From Octopus vulgaris (taxonomy: Eukaryota): a stretch of DNA of 64,000 nucleotides. Below, piece by piece: positions 43,299 to 55,706 of this stretch. The translations under genes were made by a program, and so were the position numbers. The DNA lies in NCBI GenBank assembly GCA_951406725.2, contig OX597815.1, positions 19,344,001 through 19,408,000 of the forward strand, in the 5' to 3' direction. A model generated the notes under the pieces. It saw only the letters and a program-made list of their open reading frames with translations. It ran no database searches and had not been told where the DNA came from. Each line of letters begins with the position of its first letter. Positions within the stretch are counted from its first letter, which is position 1.

Positions 43299-44970
43299 GA
43301 TGTGTATGCAAATACGTTTATTTTAGGACGTTACAGTATGGCATGTCTATTTTCTTATTTGTTTCATTAATCACATCAATGTTAAAAATTCGGGAAAATA
43401 TAGTTTGATTTCTCTCACTAAATAATTGAAGTCGGTTGCTTAAAATCTGTTAAAAATAGACAAAGAAAAACAATCGTGTTAAGGTGAAAAAGTGGAAATA
43501 ATATAACAGACCTCATTAATAATAACTTTGATGTACGAATATTTAAATATTCTTTTTACTTGCTGCCCTTTATGTATATATTTGAGTATTTTCTCTGGAG
43601 AAGTAGAACCATTTATATATAGTTTTTCAATAACAATCGACATTATATACATCAGATAGTATGTTTTTAGAAAGACAATTTCATAAAAATGTTTACGATA
43701 ATGGTAAAATTGGTACAGCACATCTCCAATCTAGTTTACACAGACAAAATTCTAAACACAACCTAATATTCATACACAGCAATAAATCTGTTTTTTTTTT
43801 GTTATGCCAACCGATTTTTTTCCCTTTCATTTGACCATCATGTCGTCCATATTGCATTGTTAATTCGTGGACAATAACTTTGAAAATATTCAACTGCTCT
43901 AAATATTATTTAGTCAAAATGAAATGTGTTTTGTCGATACATTTTTCTTTAGTTGAACTGATATAGTTGGTATTTATGTCAGTAAATGTGCCTTAGTTCC
44001 GCATTTTAGCCGTCAGATTACCTTGAGAGAATATATAATATATAAACAGCAACACGAAACGCTAGAATAATCCATAAGTTGTACGTTCGTCTCAGCAAAC
44101 TGAACCTTAGCTGTAATCTATTATAATGCTCTGATAGCAGCAATCACAATCTTAACTATAATCTCTATCGCAATACTTCACGGTAAAAGGAATCCGATTC
44201 TATTGTTTAACTTGATATCTGCTCACTGATGTTTTCCCTCATTTTTGATTTGCATATTCAAATGCCGTCTCCATTATAAAATTGCGAGAAATGCAAATGT
44301 ATTAGAACATTTAAAATCCTTTTTTTATGCTGGAGTAGATCGCTTGTATTTTCATGGTAATAACAATAAAATGCAATAGCTTCCCTGGGAAATGACGCTC
44401 TACCCCGTTTTCGATTTCTGATTAAAGACAATTCCCTCCATTGACGTTGGAAATTCCATTGAGAAATGTTTGAATGACAATCAATCACATTATCCATTAC
44501 AAATAAATCCATAGTCAAATGGATAATACGAAAGATTGTTTAGACTGCCAATGAATTTAACAATTCCACTTTGAAATATTATAAATCTAACAATTGGAAA
44601 ATTCTAAAAGTTACGGGAATGCAGAAACTAGAACCTAGTTCCATTAAAAAGGTTGAAGGAGGAAATATATATTTATTTGAAATTATTTTAAACATCTAAG
44701 TGGTTTACTGTACAAGTATAATGTAATCTACTTTATTACCTCACATGTCAAATAAAATGCAATAATGCCTTCCTTTAAGTAAAACTGAAATGGCTCAGTG
44801 TAATCCGTTGTGAACTACACCCTGGTTTTAGATTCTATATAAATTAATTAAAATTTAATCCCAAATATATATTTATTAGTTTACAGTAGAATTTTGTTTA
44901 AAATTGTATATATGTGTTTATATATACAAGTATGTGTATGTGTGTCTGCGTGTGTCTATGTGTGTCTACA

Positions 44971-45103
<133 letters not shown>

Positions 45104-46249
45104 AAACTACTAAATGTATATAATTTTACATTTCAAATTATTTTCGTCTCGATATAAAAAAAAAAATAGCATAGGAAATGATTCAATTCAAATAGCATTG
45201 ACATCCGGAAATTTTTCTTGCAAGTTTCCGCAGTAAAATACTTCCAATGATTGACGTACATAGAAATAGAATTATATAAAATGTATAGCAAATAACAAAA
45301 CGAACAAATATTTTGTCTGTGATAAAGTAGTTTCTTTCTGCTTTTGTGTTATTTAATTTATATTTATTTTGTATTTATTTACAAAACATAAAACAAGTTT
45401 GTGAGAGATAAAGTTGTAAATTAGATAAGAAAATTACCGTTCATTAAATTATATTGTAGATATTCATTATTTTGACTTAAATTAATTAATAATGCTATAA
45501 TTTAAACAATTGAAAGCAACAAATTTGTAATCGAAGATATCGTCTCTCCAATCATTTTGTCACATAATATTGTTTCCTTTTCATTCGTGTTTAAAACAAA
45601 ACTTGACTCAGTTCGTAACTTGTTTATGATTTAGGGAAAAACTTCAGAATGGAGACGTAAATATAACAGAAAAGGACATAAAGATAAAGAAATAATACTT
45701 TGACACGCACTCCATAAATCTAGCTCCCTACCAGCAATTAGAAATTGCTATACTCGAAGTTACCCATAGTCATCATTGGACAACATATCTCTCGCAATCG
45801 TTTAGTTAGTATTTTTTTTTATATATAAATTCGAACATTTCTACGTTTGTTTAAGCGTCGAACTATGAACTTCTGTTTGACTTTGGTAGGAGATTTAAGC
45901 TCCGTCACACACCTATGCTTGTCTTATCTTGGGGGTGTTTTCTTTATATTAGTGGTATGGCGGTGTGTGTATTTTCATTCCTTTTTTCTCTTTTGTTTAT
46001 TCCTCACTCTCCAACTACCTGCCATCTATGTTTACTTTCCACTTCTTCATAATCAGGTTATCAAAGTTGGCCGACGCTACTAGATAAGGCGGGTATAATG
46101 ATCCTTCGGTTTTCTGGCCAGCTCCTGGTGCCATAGAATCCACAGCTGCCGACTACTGCTATTGTTACTACCATTTTTATTTAGCATTTCCGGCCCTTCG
46201 GGGCAGAAAGCACTTAAATAACAATCACTCCCAAAAGAGTTGTAGCTGG

Positions 46250-46410
46250 GCCCACTATTCTCTGCCACAGCCCATAAAAGTTTTCTGTCGACTGCGGTTG
46301 GAGAATAGAATTCCGGAATGGTTTTGTAGTTTTGCAGTCATCAACCTCGTTCGATCGCATAATTGTCAAAATTCGTTTCAGTATTGACCACAAATCCATA
46401 TTGTGCAACG
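46250..46410 (-). pseudogene. possible ancient non-LTR reverse transcriptase remnant
   Basis: One frame reads AQYGFVVN...**...TAVDRKLLWAVAENSG, resembling the RT motifs QxGF and FDxVxRxxLW; contains stops. Confidence 0.3.
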
Positions 46411-46486
46411 ATGTTGACCACCGTCCAGAAGTTTATGACCCCATACGTGTCATTGACCCACGTGGTAATAGTTTCAAATATTGAAA

Positions 46487-46722
46487 GGCGGCGAGCTGGC
46501 AGAATCGTTAGCACGCCGGGCGAAATGCTTAGCGGTATTTCATCTGCCGCTACGTTCTGAGTTCAAACTCCGCCGAGGTCGACTTTGCCTTTCATCCTTT
46601 CGGGATCGATTAAATAAGTACCAGTTACGCACTAGAGTCGATATAATCGACTTAATCCGTTTGTCTGTCCTTGTTTGTCCTCTCTGTGTTTAACCCCTTG
46701 TGGGTAGTAAAGAAATAGGTAT
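46487..46722 (+). mobile_element. SINE family A, single unit, perfect 15-bp TSD
   Basis: TSD tagtttcaaatattg at 46469-46483 and 46723-46737. Confidence 0.95.
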
Positions 46723-47563
46723 TAGTTTCAAATATTGTTTAGTTTAGTTTATGGATTGGCAAGTATATGACTCAATTACTGATCTTATATGTTCGACATG
46801 TCTACGAGTTTTAATACAATTTATCTTGTGCAATACGCTCACCTTCATCCAGTGTAAATTGTATTCCACGTATCATCGAGAGGTGTTTTTAGCTGTTCCT
46901 TCGAGGGCACAAAGAACGCTTTTATGGTTTAAGGCAAGATTAGTCACCTTCCTTGTCCTGCATTGCACGCTTATGTGACAATTTCATGTAGAAAATAGCT
47001 GTGTTGACATAAAATGTTGTCGCTGGAACATTTTTTTAGCTAAATATTAAATGTTCAAAGTGCGTCTATTATATAAATTGTTTAAGAAAGACGAAACTAC
47101 TTCTACATTCAAATTTCCATCGTTGCTTTTATTTGATAAATGAAAGTGTGTATGTATGCGTGCGACTGTATGTCTCTGTGTGTGCGTGTGTGTGTACGTG
47201 TGTGTGTACGTGTGTGTGTGTATGTGTGTGTGTGTGCGTGTGTGTGTGAATACGCCTGCGTGTATGCGGGTTTTGCCTCATTGTTGTTTTTGCAAAACGT
47301 CTCAGTTGTACCGTTCTCGTACAAATCTCCATAGAAATGTCTACCGCGTACACACATTTATTCTGCTGTTTATGTGAATTTTTTTCTGTATTTTTTAATC
47401 CAGTATTTTGAACTCCGTGAAAACTCATATACTTTCATGATTTCGATTCGGTGGGCGTCATGTATCGACATGTGACACAATTGTGTAGAGAAGATCTAAA
47501 AATAAAATAAAGATGTAACGAGTGACCTTATTTTCCGTTTGTACTATATATAGCTATACATCC

Positions 47564-47599
<36 letters not shown>

Positions 47600-47759
47600 G
47601 AAAATGAGAACCCATATTAATCTTGCCCACAAATAGAGAATGTCGACGATCGATCTGAAAACAGGTCAGAAGAACATGCTCAAGAGTGTTGTTCTTCGTT
47701 ACTGGCTACAGGGCTCTTCACAAACGTGCTCTAACGTGATAATAATAAAAATGATGATG

Positions 47760-47825
<66 letters not shown>

Positions 47826-47848
47826 GCAACAACAACAACAACAACAAT

Positions 47849-48460
47849 GTCAGGCCTGTGTAGGAGGAAAGATTGCAAAGATAAAGCACTGTACAAGCAA
47901 TTGATAACGAATGAAACTGAAAATAGGTGCGTAAAGAAAAGAATGCATGGACAATTTTATGGGGATGTTGATGATAATACAGACAGATAAAAAAAGGTGG
48001 CTGTAGATGACTAAAAGTTATTCAATACTGGAAACGGAGGCTCTAATCTGTGCTAATTAAGAGCAAGCACTAAGAACAAACTACCTAAAATACAGAATAG
48101 ACAACACAGCAGAAAGTGATAAGTGCAGAATATGTGGGCAAAACGGTGAAACCGTATGGCGTATTACCAGCCAATGTGCGCCACTAGCCCACAAGGAATA
48201 TAAGAGACACCACGACCATATAGCAAGACTTGTCCATTGGACACTTTGCAACAAGTATGGACTTGACAGAGCAAAAAATTGGTACGACCATAAACCTGAA
48301 GTCATCATCGAAAATGATAATGCAAAGATCCTGTGGGATTTTATGATTCAGTGCGAACATCAGATAGAGAATAGAAAGCCAGCTGGATCATAGATATAGC
48401 ATGCCCAGCTGTCAACAAGGTATGCGATAAGGATGAAAAAAAGTTGATAGATGTGACAGG
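47849..48460 (+). pseudogene. R4/Dong-clade non-LTR retrotransposon fragment (zinc knuckle plus restriction-like endonuclease region)
   Basis: MHGQF...ETEALICAN*EQALRTNYLKYRIDNTAESDKCRICGQNGETVWRITSQC...HHDHIARLVHW...KPEVIIENDNAKILWDFMIQC...NRKP...IIDIACP; contains stops; begins next to (AAT)n(AAC)n. Confidence 0.85.
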
Positions 48461-48920
48461 TTTTCAATTTCTTGTACTTTGCTTTATCTAGGCAATCTTT
48501 CATCCTACACAAGCCTGACCACAAGCCTGACCACAAGCCTGACCTTCTAATAATATCGGTTCTGTGGCATTTTTACATACCATGCTATGTTGTTTTCTTC
48601 TGCTCTAATGCAGTTTTCGCATCTAATAAGCCCTTTTCCCCCTCTTATTCTTGGTACATACAGTCTGTCTGTATCACTTTTTGTGTAGAGTGTCCCATAT
48701 CTAGCTAGCAACTTCATTGTCTTTCTGTCTAAGCTGTTTAGTTCGTCTACTGTCCATGCTCATATATAAGGAGTGAAACCACCCAGGTGTTGATAGCTTC
48801 AAGCTTATTCCGTCCATTTAATTTCGACTTATGGATCAGTCTCAGTCTGCGCAAGTACTTCACCTTAAATTTTTCTGTCATTTCTTTCTCCAATTTATCA
48901 TTTTCCAAAATCTCCAAGAA
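48460..48920 (-). pseudogene. R4/Dong-clade RT C-terminal/thumb fragment, inverted
   Basis: Minus strand FLEILEND...YLRRLRLIHKSKLNGRNKLEAINTW...LDRKTMKLL...DRLYVPRIRGGKGL. Confidence 0.85.
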
Positions 48921-49107
48921 CTTAATTTAAGATGAGAGAGCGACTGATTTGAGGTTGACTTGTCAGCCATTTTTAGCAAATCTCTGAAAACATGGAGAAT
49001 TCCTCACTGCTTCGTAATGGAGTATGAATATTATAGAATATACAAAATATAACAAATGTATCTTTCTATAGTTACATCCGCCACCGTACAATTATGTAAT
49101 ACACTGT

Positions 49108-49155
<48 letters not shown>

Positions 49156-49211
49156 ATATATATACATCTGTGTAAACACACGCACGCACTCATACACACA
49201 CACATACCTAC

Positions 49212-49278
<67 letters not shown>

Positions 49279-50415
49279 TATATAATTATGACATATGTAT
49301 ACGTGTGTTATTTTCACTTTTTAAATTATTTCAAGTCTTTCTGTAAAGAAGTCGGTTACTATTGTGCATGGCCATTGGAATTTGATCATGCCTTTTGTTG
49401 ATAACAATGGTGGTGGCATATGTGTGTGTGTACACGTGTGTGTGCATGTGTGTGTGGTTGCGCGCGCGTGCTTATATGTTGGTATCAGTGTCTAGATGCA
49501 GTTGTATGTGAGAGGAATATTGTATTTTTACATTCCGGTTTTTAAATTTATTGGGATTTATGATATTTTCCTATTTCCGCATGCCATGTATGGATGTATG
49601 GTGTACGAAATGTGTGAATATACACGTTTATTTACGTATGCATATATGCATATCTATCCATCTATCCATCCATCTATCCAAAAATATATACATACATATA
49701 CTAGCTCTCTCTCTTTCTCTTTGTGTTTGCCACTTTTTCTCTCTTTCTCTCTCTCTCTCTCACTGTATGTTTCTGTGTTTTATTACACCTCTACCACTGT
49801 GGAAGCGTTGAGAGACAGAGATAGCTAAGAAGAGACAGACATTGCGTGAGAGTGAGAGAGAGACAGAGAGAATGAGTTATTGACAAGGGCTTAGAAAGAA
49901 AGGGATGGGGAAAAATGAGAGGAAAAGATAGACAGATACATAGATTTATAAACAGAGAGTTTGTGTGGGTAGTTAGCATGCGGTAATGAGACGGGGGAAA
50001 AGGAGATGATGTCGATATGTTAAGAGAGTAACTATAAAATGTTAAATAAGCAACATTTTACAGAAATGTAAATTGATGTGCAATTATTCGGATGTCTCAT
50101 TGTTGTGCCATTAGATAAATCTATGTTAGAAACATGGATTATAGCTTATTAACACATTTTCCTTACAACAGAATCGATATATATATACGGGATATATGGA
50201 ACATATATTTAAATATTCAAGCGTCGGCGTAGGGATGTTTATGGTTCAGATATTTGATTTTGCACCTACCAGATGCCAGTGTCGATCCCGCCGCGTCACT
50301 CATTGAACAAACACTATGCACCATAATCTTGGGCTGGACAGATCCTTCCAACCGAAGTTTGGAAGGAGGAAGGTCTCTGAATTTAACATATCTAAATTAG
50401 TTTGCAAAGATGACT

Positions 50416-50504
50416 TATAAACACCTTCCTCGCTGCTATTGTTTTCGTTCTGGTACACGATCTCAGATCAGGTCACTTGCTATGCAAGTACATCTCCGTA
50501 ATAT
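50416..50504 (+). mobile_element. 3' fragment of the G3-C8 hammerhead repeat family (no core)
   Basis: ttataaacaccttcctcgctgctattgttttcgttc...tcacttgctatgcaagtacatctccgtaatat matches 55015-55104. Confidence 0.8.
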
Positions 50505-51174
50505 TCATTTATAAACCACGCTATAATGACATGACTAAATAAATGAGGTTATGCCTTCCTCTGTATATCATCAAGCTGATATATTCACAATGTTGTTTGG
50601 ATTTTAATAAGAAACCTCCGCTATTATCTTTCGAATGCTTCGAAGGAGACGACAAGTTAGCCGCGATTAATCTAAAATATGGCGATATTATTCTATTCGT
50701 TATCTCGAGGTACCGCAAATTCTATTGTTAAAACAAAGCGTCTAATTTTAAATCTGCACTGAAACATTTTTTATTAAACATACAAATGCAACCACATATA
50801 CAATATTATCTGCCGTCATGAAGTAATTCTGTGGGAAAGCATATATTTACTGTTCCTCAATATCGTCTGATCTACGAGATGAGATAGACATCCAAGTCTT
50901 CAAGAATCCATCAGTTAATGGCGTTCTCAAATATGTCGTATTTAAGCTTATATATCAATTAGATTTCGGGCTTATAGTTTCAAATATTCATTTCCTGTCA
51001 CACTTATGTATACGTATGTATATACCACACATCTTTTTTACGCTACACGTAATCTTACGCCTGAGGTATTCTTTACACCACAATAATTCGTACATCATAT
51101 GTATTCTTAGACCTCATGCATTACGAGATGTGCAAATGTCTCGCCTCTATCATATAATCATTAGATAGATAGAT

Positions 51175-51466
51175 GTGTTTCTTTATTAGCCACACAGGGC
51201 TGAACACAGAGGGGACAAATTACAAAGTAAAGCTTTTCTTTTGGGGGAGGAGAAAAAAGAGGGAGGTAGGTTTTTGATCAAAAGGGATCGTAAAAAAAAG
51301 ATCAATAGGGATCGTGCATCACAGAAATGTCATGATGTAAGGTGTAAATGGGAAAACAGATAAGGTTTGTCCGTGGAAAGAAAAGCCTACGGAAACGACC
51401 ACAGTAACCTCGGTCAATAATGTCACATGTTAACACATTTATTTGCAAGTAAGTAACTCTATGTTT
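51175..51466 (-). mobile_element. retroposon 3' end inserted in (GATA)n, sharing its tail with SINE family A
   Basis: Minus strand ends tttgtcccctctgtgttcagccctgtgtggctaataaagaaac, then (tcta)n; GATA repeats on both flanks. Confidence 0.65.
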
Positions 51467-51559
<93 letters not shown>

Positions 51560-52092
51560 TACTGTTATGTTAAGACAAGATCAGCAAAATGAGTACTCCA
51601 TCCAGTGAAAGATAAATATCATTTAATGCCCACAATATACAGATACAAACTATTAATAGTTTCTTGCTTTGGAGACACGTGTCGAAGCAGATTTTTATAA
51701 CACACCTTTTGTCTCCACAGTGTTGGCAAAAGTCAGCTGATAGTAAATCAAGGCCATTTAAATCCAAGATTTATTTATATTTAACAACTGAATGAACTTA
51801 ATAAAAGCATCTAAATATGAAACATTATGAAAATTGTTCAAAATGAAGTACTTCTTGAACGACGCACTTTTCCATTCATTTCAATACATAATCATAGAGA
51901 GTATTTATGGAATTTTGATTTGCTGTCGAGTGATCTTCGGCTAACCGCGTATATATACTACGTCTCTAGAAATTTATTCTAAATAAGCTGGTGTCCCGTA
52001 TCATTACTCAAATTTTGTTCATACGTACAATCATCCAGGCTACGAATTGAGCCACCAAATTTTACCGTGTGCACATATGTGCTTTCACTCAA

Positions 52093-52141
<49 letters not shown>

Positions 52142-52218
52142 TGTCTCTTTATTGCTTCAAATCCCTTTGACGTTTTCGTGTCTATTATGATGACAATTAT
52201 AACAGTTAGAGTCGGTTA

Positions 52219-52257
<39 letters not shown>

Positions 52258-54588
52258 AGAGTATTGTCGTGACTGGAGTTGCGAGCACGTTCGTGAAATT
52301 TCTTTATGTATCTATTTGTCTGTTCATTTTTTTTGTTTGTCTATTTGTGCGTATGTGTGTGGGTGCCTCTCACTCATTCTTTCTCTCTCTCTTTCTTTCT
52401 ACCCCTCTTCCTCTCTCGCTCTCTCTCTCTTCTTCTCTCTCTCCTCTTCCTCTCTTGCTCTCGCTCTCTCTCTATCTGTGTCCGTGCGTGGGTTGCCATT
52501 GTTGTTTCGTTTGTTTGTAGGGTGATATGAAATGACCTTAGAATCCATGAATGGTTGTCAACTTTTACCCTATGTTTGCCACTCAAATAAACTTTAACAT
52601 ATATATATAGAAGGTTCATCATGTTCTATTTAGTGTCACATATAAAACAGCTGGAGCTGAGGGTGGATCCCTTTTTTAATGAAGACTTTACTTAAGACAA
52701 TGTCCTATTTATTCGTTTACTTACGATATTCACGTTTAATTAGATTTAATGAATAAATATCTTTTATAATCTCTTACCAAATGATAGTTTCCACTTAATT
52801 TGATTAAATTTGATTCGAATAACCCGGCATGGATGATATTTTCTATGAGAAAGGCATGACTGTAGAATTCTAGAGAAAACATGAGTTTAATCTATCTTAA
52901 AACGTTCAGTTACATGTTTTAATATTTATCATTTTAATGGTGTTGTTTTATCAAATTGTCTTATATTTTATATATCATATCTTCTCAGCTTTAGCCTCAC
53001 TATCGTTTTCCTTATTCATTTTTATATGGTATACATATTTAATATATATACATAAATGCATTCCGCCTACCCATTTTTCATATTTTCCTCATAGCTGTGC
53101 TAAGCTTACTCATAAATCTTTATCTATGTTTTTACATTTACATTTTAATCATCTTCTAGCTTTCATTATTCTATATTAATTTACACAACTTTCTCTTTAT
53201 TATTAATTAACACATTTTACTACTCTACTGATCATCCTTCTTCTTCTCATTCATTATTTGTATTATTCCTTTCGTTTCTATCAAATATAAACACTTTTCG
53301 TTCTACTTTTCTTTCATCTTCTACTCCTTACTCCATATTCTTTTTCCCCCGTCTCCCTCTCTATAACCCACCTCTCTCTTCTCAATTTTCTTCTTTTACA
53401 AGAATTGTTCTTGTCTCTGGTTTTGTCTCTTTGCTCTTTAAGAATAATTTCAATTCTCATTTTTTTCCTCATTAATTATCTCAATTATTTTTCGTCATTA
53501 TATTTTTCTCTCATTATTCCTTTTGCCATATTGTGATTGTTCTTCAACACTTTTCCTATTTTTATTCTCATCGTTACCCAATCACCCCTTTCTAAATATT
53601 ACTTTTACACATAAAGCATTTCCAATAATGTATGGAAATTACATTTAATTTATCAAACCACTTCTGCACATCCATCCATCGCTATATTAGAAAAAAAATC
53701 ATTATCAGTAATTTGTGATACCCGCATCATCCTTGCTTCCTGTGTGTCTTTTCCTTTGTACATTAAGTTGTATATTATAGTGTATGTGATTTTTTTTTTG
53801 TTCCTTGTTAACGTTTAACCAATTTACCCTTGTTACTAACCTTCAATGATCCATTTGTAGTTCATCCTTTTCATTGCTAACCGCTTTGTCGTACCTAGTT
53901 GTTCCTTTTTTTAGTTGTTTTCCTCGTGAACGTCACCAGAATCGTGTTTCCTTAAAAAACCGTTGGGTCCATAACTAGATGCTTACCAAAAACTTACCTG
54001 TCTCCAGGTACGGTGCCGTCATCTTGAAATCCAACTCAGTCCGTCTTATTGAATTACAGAGACAACATGGAGAAGGGGAGCAGAAAATGCTTGTGAAACA
54101 TGAGAAGCTGGGAATCTTTTACTGGCATCACATTGAGTCTCCTCCTCCAACACTTACCCACGCTTCAAGACCTGGTGCTACCGCCTCCGTCGCCGCCGCT
54201 TACCTTTGGACTACTTCTACTCCTTCTGCTAATGCAGGGCCACCCATACTGCTGTGTGTTCATTCAATGAGTCATCCAGTCTGATAGCTGCTCACCAATA
54301 TGCCCTCCTCCAGGCAGTAAGCACGCCTTCCTTACTTATATGTTCCCAGACAATATTAAAATCTATTGACAAATTATTTCACACCAGATACATTAATCTC
54401 TCTCTCGCTTGTTTTAACTTTACTGTCTGTCTATCTTTCTGTCTACCTAACTGTCTATATATTTTAATATCTGTCCTTAGATAAGCATACTCAGGCACAA
54501 ACACACAAACACACACACACAATTACACACACACACATGTATACACGCAGGCATACAAACCTACATTCATGTATACATACATATATAC

Positions 54589-54676
<88 letters not shown>

Positions 54677-54770
54677 TACATGCATACATACATACACACA
54701 CACACACACATATATATATGTATATATATATATATATATATACTTTATTGAAAGCAGCAGAATATTCAAC

Positions 54771-54817
54771 AAAACCTGTTACTCTGAGTTTCACGTTGCC
54801 GTTCGTCGGACAGTTTT
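54771..54817 (-). ncRNA. minimal hammerhead-like motif with CCGACGA core
   Basis: aaaactgt CCGACGA acg gcaa cgt GAAA CTC A GAG TA acaggtttt: helix II closed by a GNRA loop, near-palindromic helix III, GUA triplet. Confidence 0.65.
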
Positions 54818-54822
54818 TGCTA

Positions 54823-54889
<67 letters not shown>

Positions 54890-54892
54890 TAT

Positions 54893-55100
54893 GAGATGCA
54901 GCACGGATTTTTGTCAGTGAACAGGTCGCGGATTTTAGCGACGAAAATATTTTGACAAATTAAACTTAAATTTTGAAGTGAATCGAACGGCTTTTGTGTG
55001 TTTCTTAAATGACTTACAAACACCTTCCACGCTGCAATTGTTTTCGTTCCAGCACACGATCTCATATCAAATCACTTGCCATGCGAGTACATTTCCGTAA
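54893..55100 (+). mobile_element. ~208-bp PLE-type repeat in (TA)n carrying the variant hammerhead
   Basis: Flanked by (TA)n on both sides; homologous to 26205-26544 and 50416-50504. Confidence 0.8.
54910..54959 (+). ncRNA. hammerhead-like motif with G3-C8 core (GTGAACA)
   Basis: tttgtca GTGAACA g gtcgc ggatttta gcgac GAAA ATATT T tgacaaa: 7-bp helix I, 5-bp helix II, palindromic AATATT helix III. Confidence 0.65.
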
Positions 55101-55632
55101 TATATATATATATATATATATATGCCAACCAAAGTCTAAATACTTGTTCAGCTACGTGAATCGGTAGATGGATGAATAGATAATTAGACAGATTGATAGA
55201 CAACCAAGTAATAAACGGGAGAGGCCAAAACCACAATATATATAAATATATATCAACATCACACGCAAGCATTAAGTAATACTGACTGAGCATACGCATC
55301 ACATATTTTTAACCATATCCATACACCTCCGGCATTCATGAACATTATTCAAACATCATGTAAAATAAGGCATATTTTCAGGCCTTAATCGATTCATATA
55401 TTCTGTATTTCTGTGTAAGTATTTGTGTACATATGTATGTTTTTATATATGTATGTATTGATGTATATATATGCCATTGCACGTACACAGTTGCATACTG
55501 ACTTACAGAAGTAGAAATGAAACATTTTGGTGTAAAACATATGCATGTTTAACTCAATTAAATTTAGCCTTTGAAATATTATTTTTGATTATCGTATAAA
55601 TTATGCTTTGTCGTATATACATATATATATAT

Positions 55633-55706
<74 letters not shown>

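Noticed and set aside
53979-54284. 101-aa non-microsatellite ORF
   Set aside because: No recognisable homology or splice context; this length is expected by chance.
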